A stretch of DNA of 64,000 bases from Antedon mediterranea. Lineage: Eukaryota > Animalia > Echinodermata. This document shows positions 1 to 12,390 of the stretch, in pieces. Where the stretch lies: NCBI RefSeq assembly GCF_964355755.1, contig NC_092674.1:2108001-2172000 (forward strand). The letters are read 5' to 3'. Below the pieces are notes generated by a model that saw only the letters and a list, made by a program, of their open reading frames with translations, was not told the DNA's origin and made no database searches. The translations under genes were made by a program, and so were the position numbers. Position 1 is the first letter of the stretch. The number at the start of each line of letters is the position of its first letter.

Positions 1-464
1 GCATGACCTCTTCATTATTGTCTCCATAGACTAACTATCATATTAAACAGACTTTTCCATTTGTAATAGTCTATCATAATATTATTATGAAATTGAGCAG
101 GTGTCATGGAGGTTATAATTCAAACAGGAGGGTAACACTTTGTTCCAGCAATTTATTTTGGTTGAATCATTTTGTGTTTAATTTTACACATATCACTGGT
201 AATTTGTATGTTTATTGAGTATTTCTGTACTTATATTACACCTGTCTAACATTTTATGTTCTGTTCTGCCAAACATGTATTTTTTATTTCTTGTTTATAC
301 TTTTTTTTGTCAGAAAAGTACTTGATTACATGAAATTATATTTTGCCCGACTGTTGTTCTTCATTAGGCAAACTTGCTGTAGTTATATACTAGTTTGTTG
401 CGAATAAATGTGGAATTTTACAGTATAAATCGTAATATCAACAATTGTTTTGTTTTTTTTTCAG

Positions 465-578
465 CTGCGAAATTATCAAATTTTCAAGTTCATCGGTTAG
501 AGAACCAGGAGGAGGACACCCAGATATTGAAAGTGATAGAAGCTTATTGTTTCTCATCCGGAAACGCTCGCATATCAG
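465..578 (+). CDS. ARHGEF7: beta-PIX/alpha-PIX-like RhoGEF, internal exon (GIT-binding region); gene starts upstream of the window
   Basis: Encodes EEDTQILKVIEAYC, matching the recalled PIX GIT-binding motif EEDAQILKVIEAYC; tttcag acceptor (463-464), g|gtaac donor (579); phase 1 in and out. Confidence 0.9.
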
Positions 579-699
579 GTAACAAAATGCATGTAATGCT
601 AAAAGTTGAAACAAATGATAATGTATGATAAAGGTTGCATTTGTAGGATGTATTGTACTGTTAAGTTAACCTTAATCTTCAATTTCAATTGGTATGTCT

Positions 700-1490
700 C
701 TTCTAAGACCTTTTACGAATAGTGTTATTTCTTTTGCCAGAGTTTCCTTCTAAGAAGTTTTAACTCCTTCTGCTTTTGAATAGTGTTATTTCTTCCCCCA
801 GTGTTTCTCTTCTAAGAAGTTTTAACTCTTTCTGCTTCAAATAGTGTTATTTCTTCTCCCAGTGTTTCTCTTATAATAGGTTTTAACTCTTTCTGCTTTT
901 GAATAGTGTTATTTCTTCTCCCAGTGTTTCTCTTTAATAATAGGTTTTAACTCTTTCTGCTTTTGAATAGTGTTATTTCTTCTCCCAGTGCTTCTCTTAT
1001 AATAGGTTTTAACTCTCTGCTTTTGAATAGTGTTATTTCTTCTCCCAGTGTTTCTCTTATAATAGGTTTTAACCCTTTCTGCTTTTGAATATTGTTACTT
1101 CTTCCCAGTGTTTCTCTTCTAAAACGTTTTAACTCTCTCTGCTTTTGAATCATGTTATTTCTTCTCTCAGTGTTCTCTTCTAGGAAGTTTTAACTCTTTC
1201 TGCTTTTGAATAGTGTTACTTCTCCCCAGTGTTCCCCTTTAAGAAGTTTTAACTCTTTCTGCTTTTGAATAGTGTTATTTCTTCTCTCAGTGTTCTCTTC
1301 TAGGAAGTTTTAACTCTTTCTGCTTTTGAATAGTGTTACTTCTCCCCAGTGTTTTTCTTATAATAGGTTTTAACTCTTTCTGCTTTTGAATAGTGTTACT
1401 TCTCCCCAGTGTTTTTCTTATAATAGGTTTTAACTCTTTCTGCTTTCGTATAGTGTTATTTCTTCTCCCAGTCTTTCTGCTTTCTACTTT
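700..1490. repeat. Minisatellite of about 60-63 bp, about 12 copies
   Basis: Unit TTTTGAATAGTGTTATTTCTTCTCCCAGTGTTTCTCTTATAATAGGTTTTAACTCTTTCTGC. Confidence 0.92.
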
Positions 1491-2120
1491 GATTTGTTCT
1501 CCCAGGGTCTCTCTTCAATAGTGTTACTGCTTTCGTTTAGAGTTTAGATGTTTTGGTTAAGTTTAAGCAGGCCTTTATTACCAAGAGGTTTCGAATGCAT
1601 CGATGGTCTCAGAATTATTGACTTCGGATGGCAAACTTTTCGAATCTGTAAACTAGTGTTTCTTTTTTTTTTCTTTTTTTTTTAAACTTTTGTGTTTCAC
1701 TTATTTCTGCTTCTAGTGTTCACCTTCTGTTGGTGTTATTTTTTATTCCAGTGTTTTTCTTTCACTTAGTGTTCTTAGTGTTCTTAGTGTTCTATTAGGA
1801 AATTGATATGCTGGGTGGAGTCATTCAATTCTGTTTGGTTGGCAATTCCAATCGTATATAGGGTGTATGCCAAATTTACTTTATAATAATTATGTAGAGT
1901 TTAAACAAAGTTTTTAAGTTTGAAGTAGAGTTTACTAGTGATGTAGATTTGTAGACTACATTGACATTGACTAAGTAACTACTTAGTAACTTAGTTGTAG
2001 AGTTAGTGTTGTTTTGTCAAAACAGTTTTATCCATTACAGCCAACAAACAATCAAATATCACTAACAGGTGCTTCTTAGAAAGGCCTGTGAACTACATAC
2101 ATTCATTCAAACACTACTAA

Positions 2121-2302
2121 AGCTCTGTCCACACTATCAAACTCATTTGACCAAAAAAGTGTGATGTATCGAAATATGGTAGTGATATGCCGAAATATGG
2201 TAGTGATATGCCGAAATATGGTAGTGATATGACATCATCATGTCCATATTTGGGCACAGCACATTTTTTTGTCACATAAAGTTTGATAGTGTGGACAGAG
2301 CC
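2121..2302. mobile_element. PIF/Harbinger-type MITE family A (representative copy; about 17 copies in the window)
   Basis: TIR AGCTCTGTCTACACTATCAAAC with TAA/TTA flanks and an internal 21-bp repeat. Other copies (approximate): 3266-3423, 10211-10345, 12383-13761 (interrupted), 17759-18391 (interrupted), 25007-25166, 25693-25854, 27846-28006, 31084-31197, 42930-43097, 45178-45992 (interrupted), 52308-52520, 53082-53174, 58575-58709, 62616-62743, 62900-62935, 63924-64000. Confidence 0.88.
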
Positions 2303-2510
2303 TAATAGTTTAGTGTCCCACCTGCCATCTTTTTCAAATACAGTATTGGTTTTTCTATACTTGCTTATTTAACAAATGTCTCTAGTGTCTTTCATCATAG
2401 CGATCGGGTTGTGTGGGGTGGGTACTTGGTTCGTTGACCCCCTTGCTACAAAGCTATACTGGGATTGGGGTATTAAGCAGTGGTGTCTTTGCTTATTATG
2501 TATGATACTA

Positions 2511-3180
2511 CCGTACTGACGCGGGTATAAGCCCACCCCCCTTGAACATGAAATCACGTCAAGTTTTGGGGGTGGGCTTATACCCGAGGATCCAAAAATG
2601 CAGATCGTCAAAAACAGCACATGTACACTGTGTATTCCACCATGCGAGCGAGCGCCCTCACATGTACGACGTTGCCTCTAAATACACAAGGTTTCGAGTG
2701 TCGGAATATTAAGCTTATAGTTCGTGTAATTTATCGTAGAATATCTTATTTTAAACATCAATTGAACAAGAATTTATCAAGCAGAAAAGCAAGTATACAA
2801 TGTTCATTAAATAGAAATGTACCAAAGAAATTTAATAAGCTTGTTTATGGCAGCCGATACCAAATAGTGGTTTTCCGTTTTGGCGACTTGTAGCGTCGTG
2901 TGTGAAGCGATCTTCGACCGCGATGGAGGAGTGTAAACAAAACAGGACCGCTAGGCCTCATATGGCCTAGCGTATATTAGCCTAGCTTGGTTATGATCAA
3001 AGGAAGGTGTATTCGGTGTATAGACGTCGCCAAATACAAAATAATGTATTACGACACACACTGTAGATCTTCAAATTAATGGGTGGGCTTATACCCGAGT
3101 GCCTCATTTTTCATGAAAATTAGTCAAAAGTCGGGGGTGGGCTTATACCCGAGTATGGGCTTATACCCGCGTCAGCACGG
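2511..3180. mobile_element. Non-autonomous Tc1/mariner-type element
   Basis: TIR of about 25 bp CCGT(A/G)CTGACGCGGGTATAAGCCCA at both ends, TA on both flanks, internal GGGTGGGCTTATACCCG repeats; related fragment near 52119-52215. Confidence 0.85.
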
Positions 3181-4570
3181 TATATAAATTAGTGCGTAAT
3201 ACATCTATGGTATGCTGTTGCATGTATTGATAAGTCTGTACATAATGTATTGTAGACAGAAGTTAAGCTCTGTCTACACTATTAAACTTTTGTGACAAAA
3301 AATGTTTTGTTCCCATATATGGACATGATAATGACATATCACTACCATATTTGGGAAAACACTACCATGTTTGGGCAAATCACACTTTTTTAGTCAAACT
3401 AGTTTGATAGTGTAGATAGAGCTTAAGTTAAGTATCGTGAAACATTTGACCTTTGTGTTGTGCTTGTATTAATCAATCTACTTTGATTTCATAAACTAAT
3501 AGTAAGGTCATGTTTGTTCATCTTCTTGTCATCATTCATTGAATTGTTGTTATGTTTGAGGATTGTGCTGTATTTAGTTTATCGTTTGACTTGAAAGAAT
3601 TTTTAGTAATTAATACAGTTTTAAAACAACAAAAAACAATTGGATTAAACCATTTTTTAAATGGTCAAGAAATACAAAATCAGTTTTGACAAACATAAAA
3701 TACACACTAATATGTCTGATTTTTCTGGTAATCTCTCAATAAACTCTCCCAATACAGAACTCTCTAAAAATTAGAAACTTTCCCAAAACAAGACTTTTAA
3801 TTTTTACCAATAAAAATGCATTCTGAATATCAGACTTTCCAGAAAAGCAGACCTGTCCAGCACAAATGTGTATTGAAAGAGTTAAATGTATTTCAAACAT
3901 GTTTTAAATGTTTAAAAAAAAGAATTTTGGATCGTTTGGACTTTAAGCAAAGTCTGGGTTAGGTTGTTAGAGTGCAGAAATATAACATTGCTCTACAAAA
4001 AAAGAAAAAATAAGTTTGTATGAGTGGAATGGATATTTGAACCTAGCGTCTGGCTGCCATGCATCTTAACCAGATAATTGGTGACAATAGAATTTAAGTT
4101 TACAATTCTTTTGTTATATTTATTATACATTTGATTTGACATTTTTTATAATTTACTTTTTGTGATTTGTTTATCTGTTTATATGATCTCATATTTTATG
4201 TTTATCAATGAATTTTCTTCTTGAATTATGTTTATTCATTTTGTGTAACGTTTTTGTTTTATTTCACAAGTAGCGTTTTTTATTCTTAAGTGTTTCAGAT
4301 TTGTGTTGCAAATAGGACTACGCATGTCATTTGTGAAGAAAATTCTTAATATTAAAAAAAAACTACCAAATTCGATAATCGCGAAAAAAAGTAGTTTAAC
4401 TTTTTTTTTGGTCACACTGAAAATTGTTGCATGTTGTTTGACCTTTGCACTTTGAACCTACTCGTGCATAGAATCATTGGTAAATAGCAGGATATGAATT
4501 ATGCATGAGTTTGATTGAATATTCATGCAAAATAAAGTCATATCTCATTTGTAGAATTTCTTTTTTCCAG

Positions 4571-4656
4571 TAAGGACCATTGATGCCCAGCCTAACAAGC
4601 AAATGGCCAACCTCACGGTGCGCGCTGCCGCCGCTGGTGGTAGTCCACGGTATTAA
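4571..4656 (+). CDS. Candidate alternative exon of the PIX gene (cassette 4571-4639 or terminal exon to TAA 4654-4656)
   Basis: GC-rich island in an AT-rich intron after a ttttttccag acceptor; in phase 1 reads VRTIDAQPNKQMANLTVRAAAAGGSPRY*. No homology recognised. Confidence 0.45.
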
Positions 4657-6346
4657 TCACTTTTTTGATGAATTTTTTTTTTATTATTGTAACCGCTTTT
4701 AGCTGAGAACAAAATGATGAATTGAGAATATTGATTATTAACTATTTTAAACACAAATTTGCATAGCTTTTCATGGATGACCGCTCACCATATGACATTA
4801 GCATATTCATATTCATTAGCATATCATTAGCATATACTGTATGTCTGTTGTATAGTAGTATGTCAATTCGTCTTGTTTCGTATGTCCTGTTATTTATATG
4901 GTCTGGAAAACTAACTTTTGTATGATATAATAATGACTTATTTCTGGTGTTTTATTTTAATAGCTTGTTTTTATATCACTTGTGGATGCCACACATAAAT
5001 TGTTATTAATTAATAATAATTAATTATTTATGCAAATTGGTTTCTAACAATTGCTAATTGTTGTCTTTTTTGATCAGAAAAACTGTTGTAAAATAAGTAA
5101 CTTATTTTTGTATTGTTTAAAAAACAAATTTTGGATAATAATAATAATAATAATGCTTAATATTCATTTTAGTTTCATTTTTAAAATAGGCAAATTATTG
5201 TTCTAATTTGAATAATGATTTGTTCCATGTGTAGTTTGCAAAAACTTAAAGACTGTTTTTTTAAAAGCATCACCTTTTTTTTTGTTAGTTGTCATAAATT
5301 TGGTAATGTACAATCAACCAATCAACCAACAAGTACAGTAACTCTTTGTAAAGAATGTGTTATTTTTAGTGATTTTATTTTACACGCTATACCTTGTATT
5401 TTGTTACAGACCCTTGCGAGTTAGACAGTCTAAGAATTATAATAAAATAAGATATTGTTGGATAAAATTAAATGTATGTTTGTATATCAGTTTACTTGAT
5501 AAAGAAAACGAGTATAGAAACATCTTTTGAACATATTTTAAACGGTTTTAGCGACAGTAGAATCCCTTTTAAGAGGCCACCTTCACAACCTGAATAGGGG
5601 TGTTGATAGTTAAAACATATTTCATCTGTTTCGTTGGATCCATGCTATCAACTTTTTAGCTTTTGCTTATTAAATGCTTAAACTTAACACTTAAAAGCTT
5701 AGTAAAAAAAAGTCCTAGTTTTCAGAATTTTAAAAGTCTAAAAGTTGTCTTTATTAATACCAAATTAGGTTGTACGATTAGTTGACGCAATTTCCCAATA
5801 TGAAACAAAAAAAACATTTCATTACATGATTCATGTGTTCTACTCAATGTTGTTTTTTTTTTCTTATACTTGGTTTCCAGATGAACTGTTTCAGACAGAT
5901 ATGAGATGAAAATAGACTCCTAACCTTATACTGCCCTGGCCTTAACACATAACATTTACCAACTGTAAACAGTTTTTTTAAAGTATTCCGCTTAATAATT
6001 AAAGCAGATATTGCCACTAAAAATACCTTTACATACTTTGTTACTATTGTTATGACTAACTCCTCCCTAATGTAATACAAAGGCCTATTATAGATTACCA
6101 CAAATAAAATACCAATTTTTAAGTTTCTTTCTAAGAGAAACTTAACACTTCCATTCTCTCTAATAATCTTTAAGATGAAATGTTCAAAGGAGAAATTAAA
6201 CTTAACATTTAAAATCTGTCATGTCACGCATGTGTGATAAGTATTTACTCACTTGCACAAAGTTTAATTTTCTTAATTTTGAACTTTCCAATAATTATAT
6301 TTTGAAATCCAACCATTTTTTATATAAATAGTTTGTTTTTGGATTA

Positions 6347-6462
6347 CAGGGGCGGATTTGAGGTGTACAATTGGGACATGTTCCCCCACTCCACTTTGCT
6401 CAATAAATTGCATTTAATGTGTTTTTTTATCATGTTTTTCTTTAATTCTGGATCCGCCCCTG
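6347..6462. mobile_element. Short hAT-like MITE
   Basis: CAGGGGCGGAT ... ATCCGCCCCTG terminal inverted repeats; no clear TSD. Confidence 0.6.
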
Positions 6463-6536
6463 GGTACTTGAAATTATTTCTTCACTGGGCTTAGTTTCAA
6501 TTAGAGTAATTAGTTACTTTTTCTATTTGTTTGCAG

Positions 6537-6630
6537 TTCAAATGGACAATACTCCACCCGTTTTTCTGGTCGAAGAAGAGAAAATCATAGTGGAGGAAAC
6601 TCGGGGTAACGAAACGGTTTTGCAGGAAAA
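6537..6630 (+). CDS. ARHGEF7: PIX RhoGEF penultimate exon
   Basis: [31 protein letters not shown] resembles beta-PIX [27 protein letters not shown]; ttgcag acceptor, aa|gtaagt donor; phases join the flanking exons. Confidence 0.9.
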
Positions 6631-7691
6631 GTAAGTTCCTGTCATACCGCCCCCTATGGTAAGAAGTGGCAAGCAAGTTTATTGGTCTCCTTTACAGAAG
6701 TTTATAGTGCATAACTAGATGGCTGGGTTGCAGAGGCTAGTGAATTTGCAATTAAAATGCATGTTATACTTGGTTTTCTTACATTTGCAAATTATTTTTT
6801 TTAATTAACTTTCACACTGGCAAAATACAGATAAAAGAAATGTTGGCACTTTACACAGAATGATCAACTATTACAAAAACTATTCAATTCTTGTTAGTTT
6901 AAAAGTGTCTTGGGGTGGAAAAGATGTTGAAACACATTCATATATTGCACAAAAAAACCATTAAATGTGCACAATTTTATTCAATTTTTATTTTGGTTTC
7001 TTTTACCACAATGCAGGAGGATGCAAATTTTAAGGTGCAACATCTAGCACAATGAAAGCTTAGGTGAAAAAATACTAAAGAAAATTTAATAAAATATTAA
7101 AATGCTGACCTACACATGCAAAAAACGTTGATTCAATAAGCAGAAATAAACAGTTATATTTACAGTACTTCTTCACTATTAAAGTTTATTTGATCATGCA
7201 GGAGTTGAATCATAAACCTCTCACAATAAAAAAAAACAACTGATACAGTGTTTTTCTTTTAAAATACTTAATAAAATTTCTTGCAAGGTTAAGATAAAAG
7301 ATTAAATGGGCTTACGACACTAGCTTGCCACTTGCTTGCCAAAGAGAGTTTTACTCTTGCTACAAACAATGCATGCAAACAGTTTTGTACTGTTTAGTAG
7401 TTTATAAACAGTACAGTACTCATTATGTAAATCAACATGATGTACCTGTTTATTTCATTAGCATGTAAATTAGTATAATTTATTCGTTTTATTCATATTA
7501 GTATGTAAATCAGGGACAAACCATGTCTGCCGTATTTATTTGTTTCTGTTTGTATCAGATTGTGTTTGTAGTATCATTCCTTGTTTACTGTTTGAGCTTT
7601 GTTTTATTTTAATATTATTTTTTAGCATGTACTTAAACATTGTAGATTTGTGAATTAGTAGGTTGTATACAATCAGTCGGTACAGACACAT

Positions 7692-8078
7692 CATCTTATC
7701 TTATCATCCTATACTGTGCAGAACCTTATTTGAGTATAGTCACACATGATTGGCCCAGTTATGATCAGTGGCTGTGATGTACTAGTACACCGGGATAACC
7801 CCCTACTCACATGGTTGAATTGAATTGACCCAGAGGGACCAGTGATGATCAGTGGCTGTGATGTACTAGTACACTGGGAGGTTCCCTCTACTCGTCTCGA
7901 AAATTGTACTAGGTTCTTTAAAGTGCAAGTGAGCTATGTGTACACTGGACCTACGGTTTATAGTCCTTATCCGAGAAGACTCGTTCTACCACCAGAACCA
8001 TGGAGTGAGTGAGCCTCGAACCCCTGCCGATGTTATGGCTACGTAATTACGGTTCCACTGTTTTAACCGCTCAGACAC
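7692..8078 (-). mobile_element. tRNA-derived SINE with Deu-like central domain
   Basis: On the - strand: A box (TGTCTGAGCGG), B box (GGTTCGAGGC), then GGATAAGGACTATAAACCGTAGGTCC...TTAAAGAACC...TTTTCGAGACGAGTAGAGGG resembling the recalled DeuSINE core; (GATAA)n-like tail. Confidence 0.7.
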
Positions 8079-8965
8079 AATGCATTGTTGTCCATTTGTT
8101 CCATTGTTGTGTATTTAAATAGTGAAATCCACACAAACAAGAGAGATGTCAGTTTTGTGTAGGCCTACCATCTCCTATGGTATAATTCCCCATACTCTAT
8201 TGAGTCATTATAAATAGTAGTTTTATTTCAGGTAATAATGATTTAATATTCAACGTTTTTTATGTTCTTCATATTGTTTTTTTGTCATAATGTTTTTTTT
8301 TTATGTTACATTCATCAATATTTTTGTGTTGTATTTTTTCTTTGTATTTTTGTCTATTTGGAGAGAAATGTGTACTGTTTCAAAATAGCAAACACTTTGT
8401 GATCTTGTTCATTTATGTTGTATGAGTAATATTTGCACAAAATATTTTAATTTGGTGCATCGGTAATTTTTGTAGGCCTTCATCACTAACTATTCATTGT
8501 TTCAGGGAACGAGTATGTTAACGATTTGATTGCACTTGGACGCAACGCAATGACGTAAGCGTACCGCAAGCATTTTGACCAATCACGATGCGATAGATCA
8601 TTCAAACAGTCACTTGCGAGTGTTTAATGCGGTGCGCCGGTCGTTGCGTTGCGTCCTAGTTCGAACCAAGTTTGTGTATTGTAACGTTTTTTTTAGGTGT
8701 TTGTATAATTTCATTATCATTATGGAATTTAGTTTATACAGATAATATCACAAATACTAGCATGGGACATTGTTTTCACAAAATACATTTTTCAATATAA
8801 TAATCAGATGCTGAACTAACGTTTTGTGTTGTATGTAAAACGTTCTACATTAGTAATATTGTGTATGTACCGTAAATGCTTTATCTGGATATCATGATCT
8901 AATGCGCATTATATTACATTTTTGTAAGTGAGCAATAATATTGCATGTGTTGTTTGTTTTTTCAG

Positions 8966-9140
8966 AAGCCTAGTTGATACAGTTTACGCATTACGTGACC
9001 AGGTGAAGGATCTAGTCGACGAAACCAAGCGTTTAAAACGAGACCTAGACGAAGAGCGCAAGGCAAGACACAAACTGGAAACAACGATTAGAAAATCTTT
9101 CCGTAGTGTAGATCGGCATTCTAGCGATTCGATGCTATGA
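8966..9140 (+). CDS. ARHGEF7: PIX RhoGEF last exon (C-terminal coiled coil)
   Basis: SLVDTVYALRDQVKDLVDETKRLKRDLDEERKARHKLE matches the beta-PIX coiled coil (SLVDTVYALKDEV...EEEQRARKDLE); tttcag acceptor; TGA ends at 9140; AATAAA near 9393. Confidence 0.92.
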
Positions 9141-10636
9141 CGTACGCGCCACCGAGTCACTATAGGGTGCTCAAAGTAGATACAAATATTGCTTATATTG
9201 TACAAATAATGACAAAAAAAAAGACGATTAGATATGCACGTTTTTGTAAAGTATTGTATGTAGAAATAGTTTTTAAAAACAAAACACAAAATGTTTGATA
9301 TATTATATTACTATTTGTCTTGGACACTAACAGCTTCCATTTATTTCTGTCTGTTTGTCTGTGTGTCCATTTGTAAAGACATATTCATTTTTTAATAAAC
9401 TGGATTATTATTTTATATCCAGTTCTCTGTAATAGTTGTCATATATACAGTATGAAGAATACATTAAATAAAGATAGCTAAATTTAGCATTACAAATCCA
9501 AGTACAGTACCCCATATGGTCTTTCGCACCTCTCCCGATCCTGCTCAGCTCCGGTCCCAGTTCCCAGTTCAGGTCCACGTATAATTTTGCAGTATTATGG
9601 ACTTAGTTTTTACGACGCAATACGCGCACATCTAGGAAAAAGATTTGCAGGAGCCGTGTGGGGCGTCTTAAAAATGAATCATTAAAACCCAATTTTATTT
9701 GCTAGAATCAGAGCAGGTGTGAAAGACACTTCCATCATTTAACATTGTACTTGATTTTGCTTATGTATTTTATACATAGAGTATAAACTGTCTGTAGATA
9801 AGCATATTGAAACTGGGTATATCCATAATACCCCTTTTGATATTGATGGGACATACCTGGTAGAGTATTGCCATACATCACTGGTAGGAGAGCTGTGCAC
9901 CATTGGTTGAGTCCAGTTATCCCTGGTAGGGTGCAACCTTAATATTTACAGGGTTAACATCTTTTACTAACTATATTCCATGATTTATCTTGGTTTCTAA
10001 GGATCACATGCATTTAAGCCATATTAAGAACTTACTTTTCAAGAGTCCAGTTTAAAAATAGGCGATAGTGTGGACACACCCTAAAAGGACTTTCTTTTAT
10101 AACGTCATGTGTAAACTCATAACATTGTGTGGACATGCATTTCTAGAAGGACATTCCTATTGAACTACAACTACTAAATATAACAATACTGTACTAGATT
10201 AGAAACTTAGTGCTCTGTCTACACTATCAAAATAGTTTGACAAAAAAAAGTGTGATGTGCCCAAATATAATAGTCATATGCTCAAATATGATATGACATC
10301 ATCGTGTCTATTTTTTGTCTTGAGTTTGAAAGTGTAGACAGCGCTTAAGGCATTAGTAAACGTTATACTCCAAATAAGGGCATGTGATGAAACAACCTTG
10401 TCCACAGTGATTGCAATGAACAAGATAGATAACTACACGAATCTGTTGAAATGTCGAAACAATTTGATATTGGTCTTATTTAATTTTGGGCAGCGATCTG
10501 TGGGACAATATCTTTATGATACATTATCATTAAGAGTAAACATTGATATAAAAGATTACTTTAAGTATATACAGTATTTGTGTGTTATCACATTCCCCAG
10601 CTAAATCTTGCAACCAATTGTCAACCAGCTTGCTTA

Positions 10637-11115
10637 AGGTTGGTTCCCACTAGGACGAAATTCAACGCAAGCGAGTTGGCCAGTGGCAAGCGACAGTTCA
10701 ATGATCCATTGCGTTATGATTGGTCAAATTGCTTGCGTTGCGCTTACGTACTTGCGTTGCGTCCTAGTGTGAACCAAGCTTTAGAGCTTGGTTTTACGCA
10801 AGGTCACAAGCCCAACGCAAGTAATTTGACCAATCAGAAGATAGATTGAACTGTTGCGCGTCATTGGTGAACCCACTTGCATGTGTACGTCCTAGAACCA
10901 AGCTTAAAGTATGAAAGAAACAAAATATTTTTTCTATTCTCCATTCTTTAAAGCTTGGTTCACACTAGCGACGAAAATACCCTTCCAATAATTGTGTTTG
11001 CCCAAGCCTGCGATGTTTGCATCACTATTGCGTCTTCGGTTCCCACTTGTGATTACGCAATACAGCACTTTGCGTCAAAACTTCGTAGCGTTACGTTGCT
11101 AGTGGGAACCACGCT
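10637..11115. mobile_element. Cluster of three Harbinger-type MITEs, family B
   Basis: Copies 10637-10780, 10785-10904 and 10952-11115 with AG(C/G)TTGGTTC...GAACCA(A/C)GCT ends and TAA/TTA flanks; relatives near 8524-8672, 16397-16584, 17000-17149, 59100-59205. Confidence 0.8.
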
Positions 11116-11708
11116 TTAGTGAACCTATTTGTTCATTAATTGGATTATTATACCATGATCTGTAAATGTGTAGGTCCATGATTATACTGCAGGAAACTAA
11201 TAGGCCCTATATAACACACGAAGTATCTAGGTAACATCTATCATTTTAAATGTCTTATACTTAATAATAAACTTAAAATTTAGATTATGTGTTCGATTTT
11301 ATTATATTTTGTATTTGTATTGTGTAAAAATACAAATTTTCAGTATTTAGTATAAATATATGGGGCGCAATTAGCTCCTTGTTTTTAGTTTGTCGCTTCT
11401 TGCGCCCCGTGTCATATACCACTGTTGTTTTGTGTATTATACTGGCAATATTAAAATTATAATAGTCCCCTTTTTTTCCCGAAACATATATGTTTATATT
11501 TAAACGATATTTGTTTTCGTAAAATGCATACGTTTGGTATTAATTGAGTTCACACACGCGCCTTCAGAACACTATCATCTAGAGTGTCCAAGGCCTAGTT
11601 TCCATTCGGTGTCTTGTTGTTGTGGGCTCGGTTGGTTTCCCGCACACATGTTTGGGAGCTAAACTTTTAAGTGTTATTTTATTCATCATATTGCAGTAGC
11701 CTATTAAA

Positions 11709-11878
11709 TGGTCTTTCACACCTGTTCAGGCACGTTTCCGGAAAATCAAACGTCACTTGTTTCGTTTTCACGCGGTTACGCGCATATCGATTTATTTGCG
11801 CATAGCCGCGTGGAACGTCGTGAAAACTAAACAATGACGTTCGATTCCTCACCGGACCGGAACAGGTGTGAAAGACCC
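11709..11878. mobile_element. MITE family C (TIR GGTCTTTCACACCTGTTC)
   Basis: Inverted termini GGTCTTTCACACCTGTTC / GAACAGGTGTGAAAGACC; relatives near 9518-9728 and a partial copy near 12251-12365. Confidence 0.75.
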
Positions 11879-12390
11879 TTTAAGGCGACACTTTGTTCAG
11901 TTCAGCTAGATGTCCCCATAATGCATCAGTCACCCACCATCAATTTTACCGTATGCAATTAATTATTATTAAGTTAGTATAACTTAGAGCGTAATATTAT
12001 TATGGTTATCAATATCAATACATCATTTTTTTAAATAATAAATTAAGATTAAATCGTTAGATTGTATAATGTAATCTTTTCATTCGTTCGTCTAGAAACA
12101 CATTTCAATTACAATAACATTTCATTTCAGATACATTGTATAAAATCCGGATCAACATTGGTTCCCAACAACAAACAAATTTAAAAAAAATTAATTTAAT
12201 AACATTATTTTTAAGTGTTGGTAGTAATTTTTTCGAAAGATAAATATATATTTCACATCTGTTCCGGCACGGTTCCGGTTCGGCGCCATCAAATTGAACG
12301 TCAATGTACGCGCATGTCGATTGGCGCATAGCCGCGTGGAGCGTTTCGTGGTGAATAAACAAAAACAATTGCAGGTTACTTAAGCTCTGT

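Noticed and set aside
947-1153. Repetitive basic ORF
   Set aside because: Translation of the minisatellite of about 62 bp.
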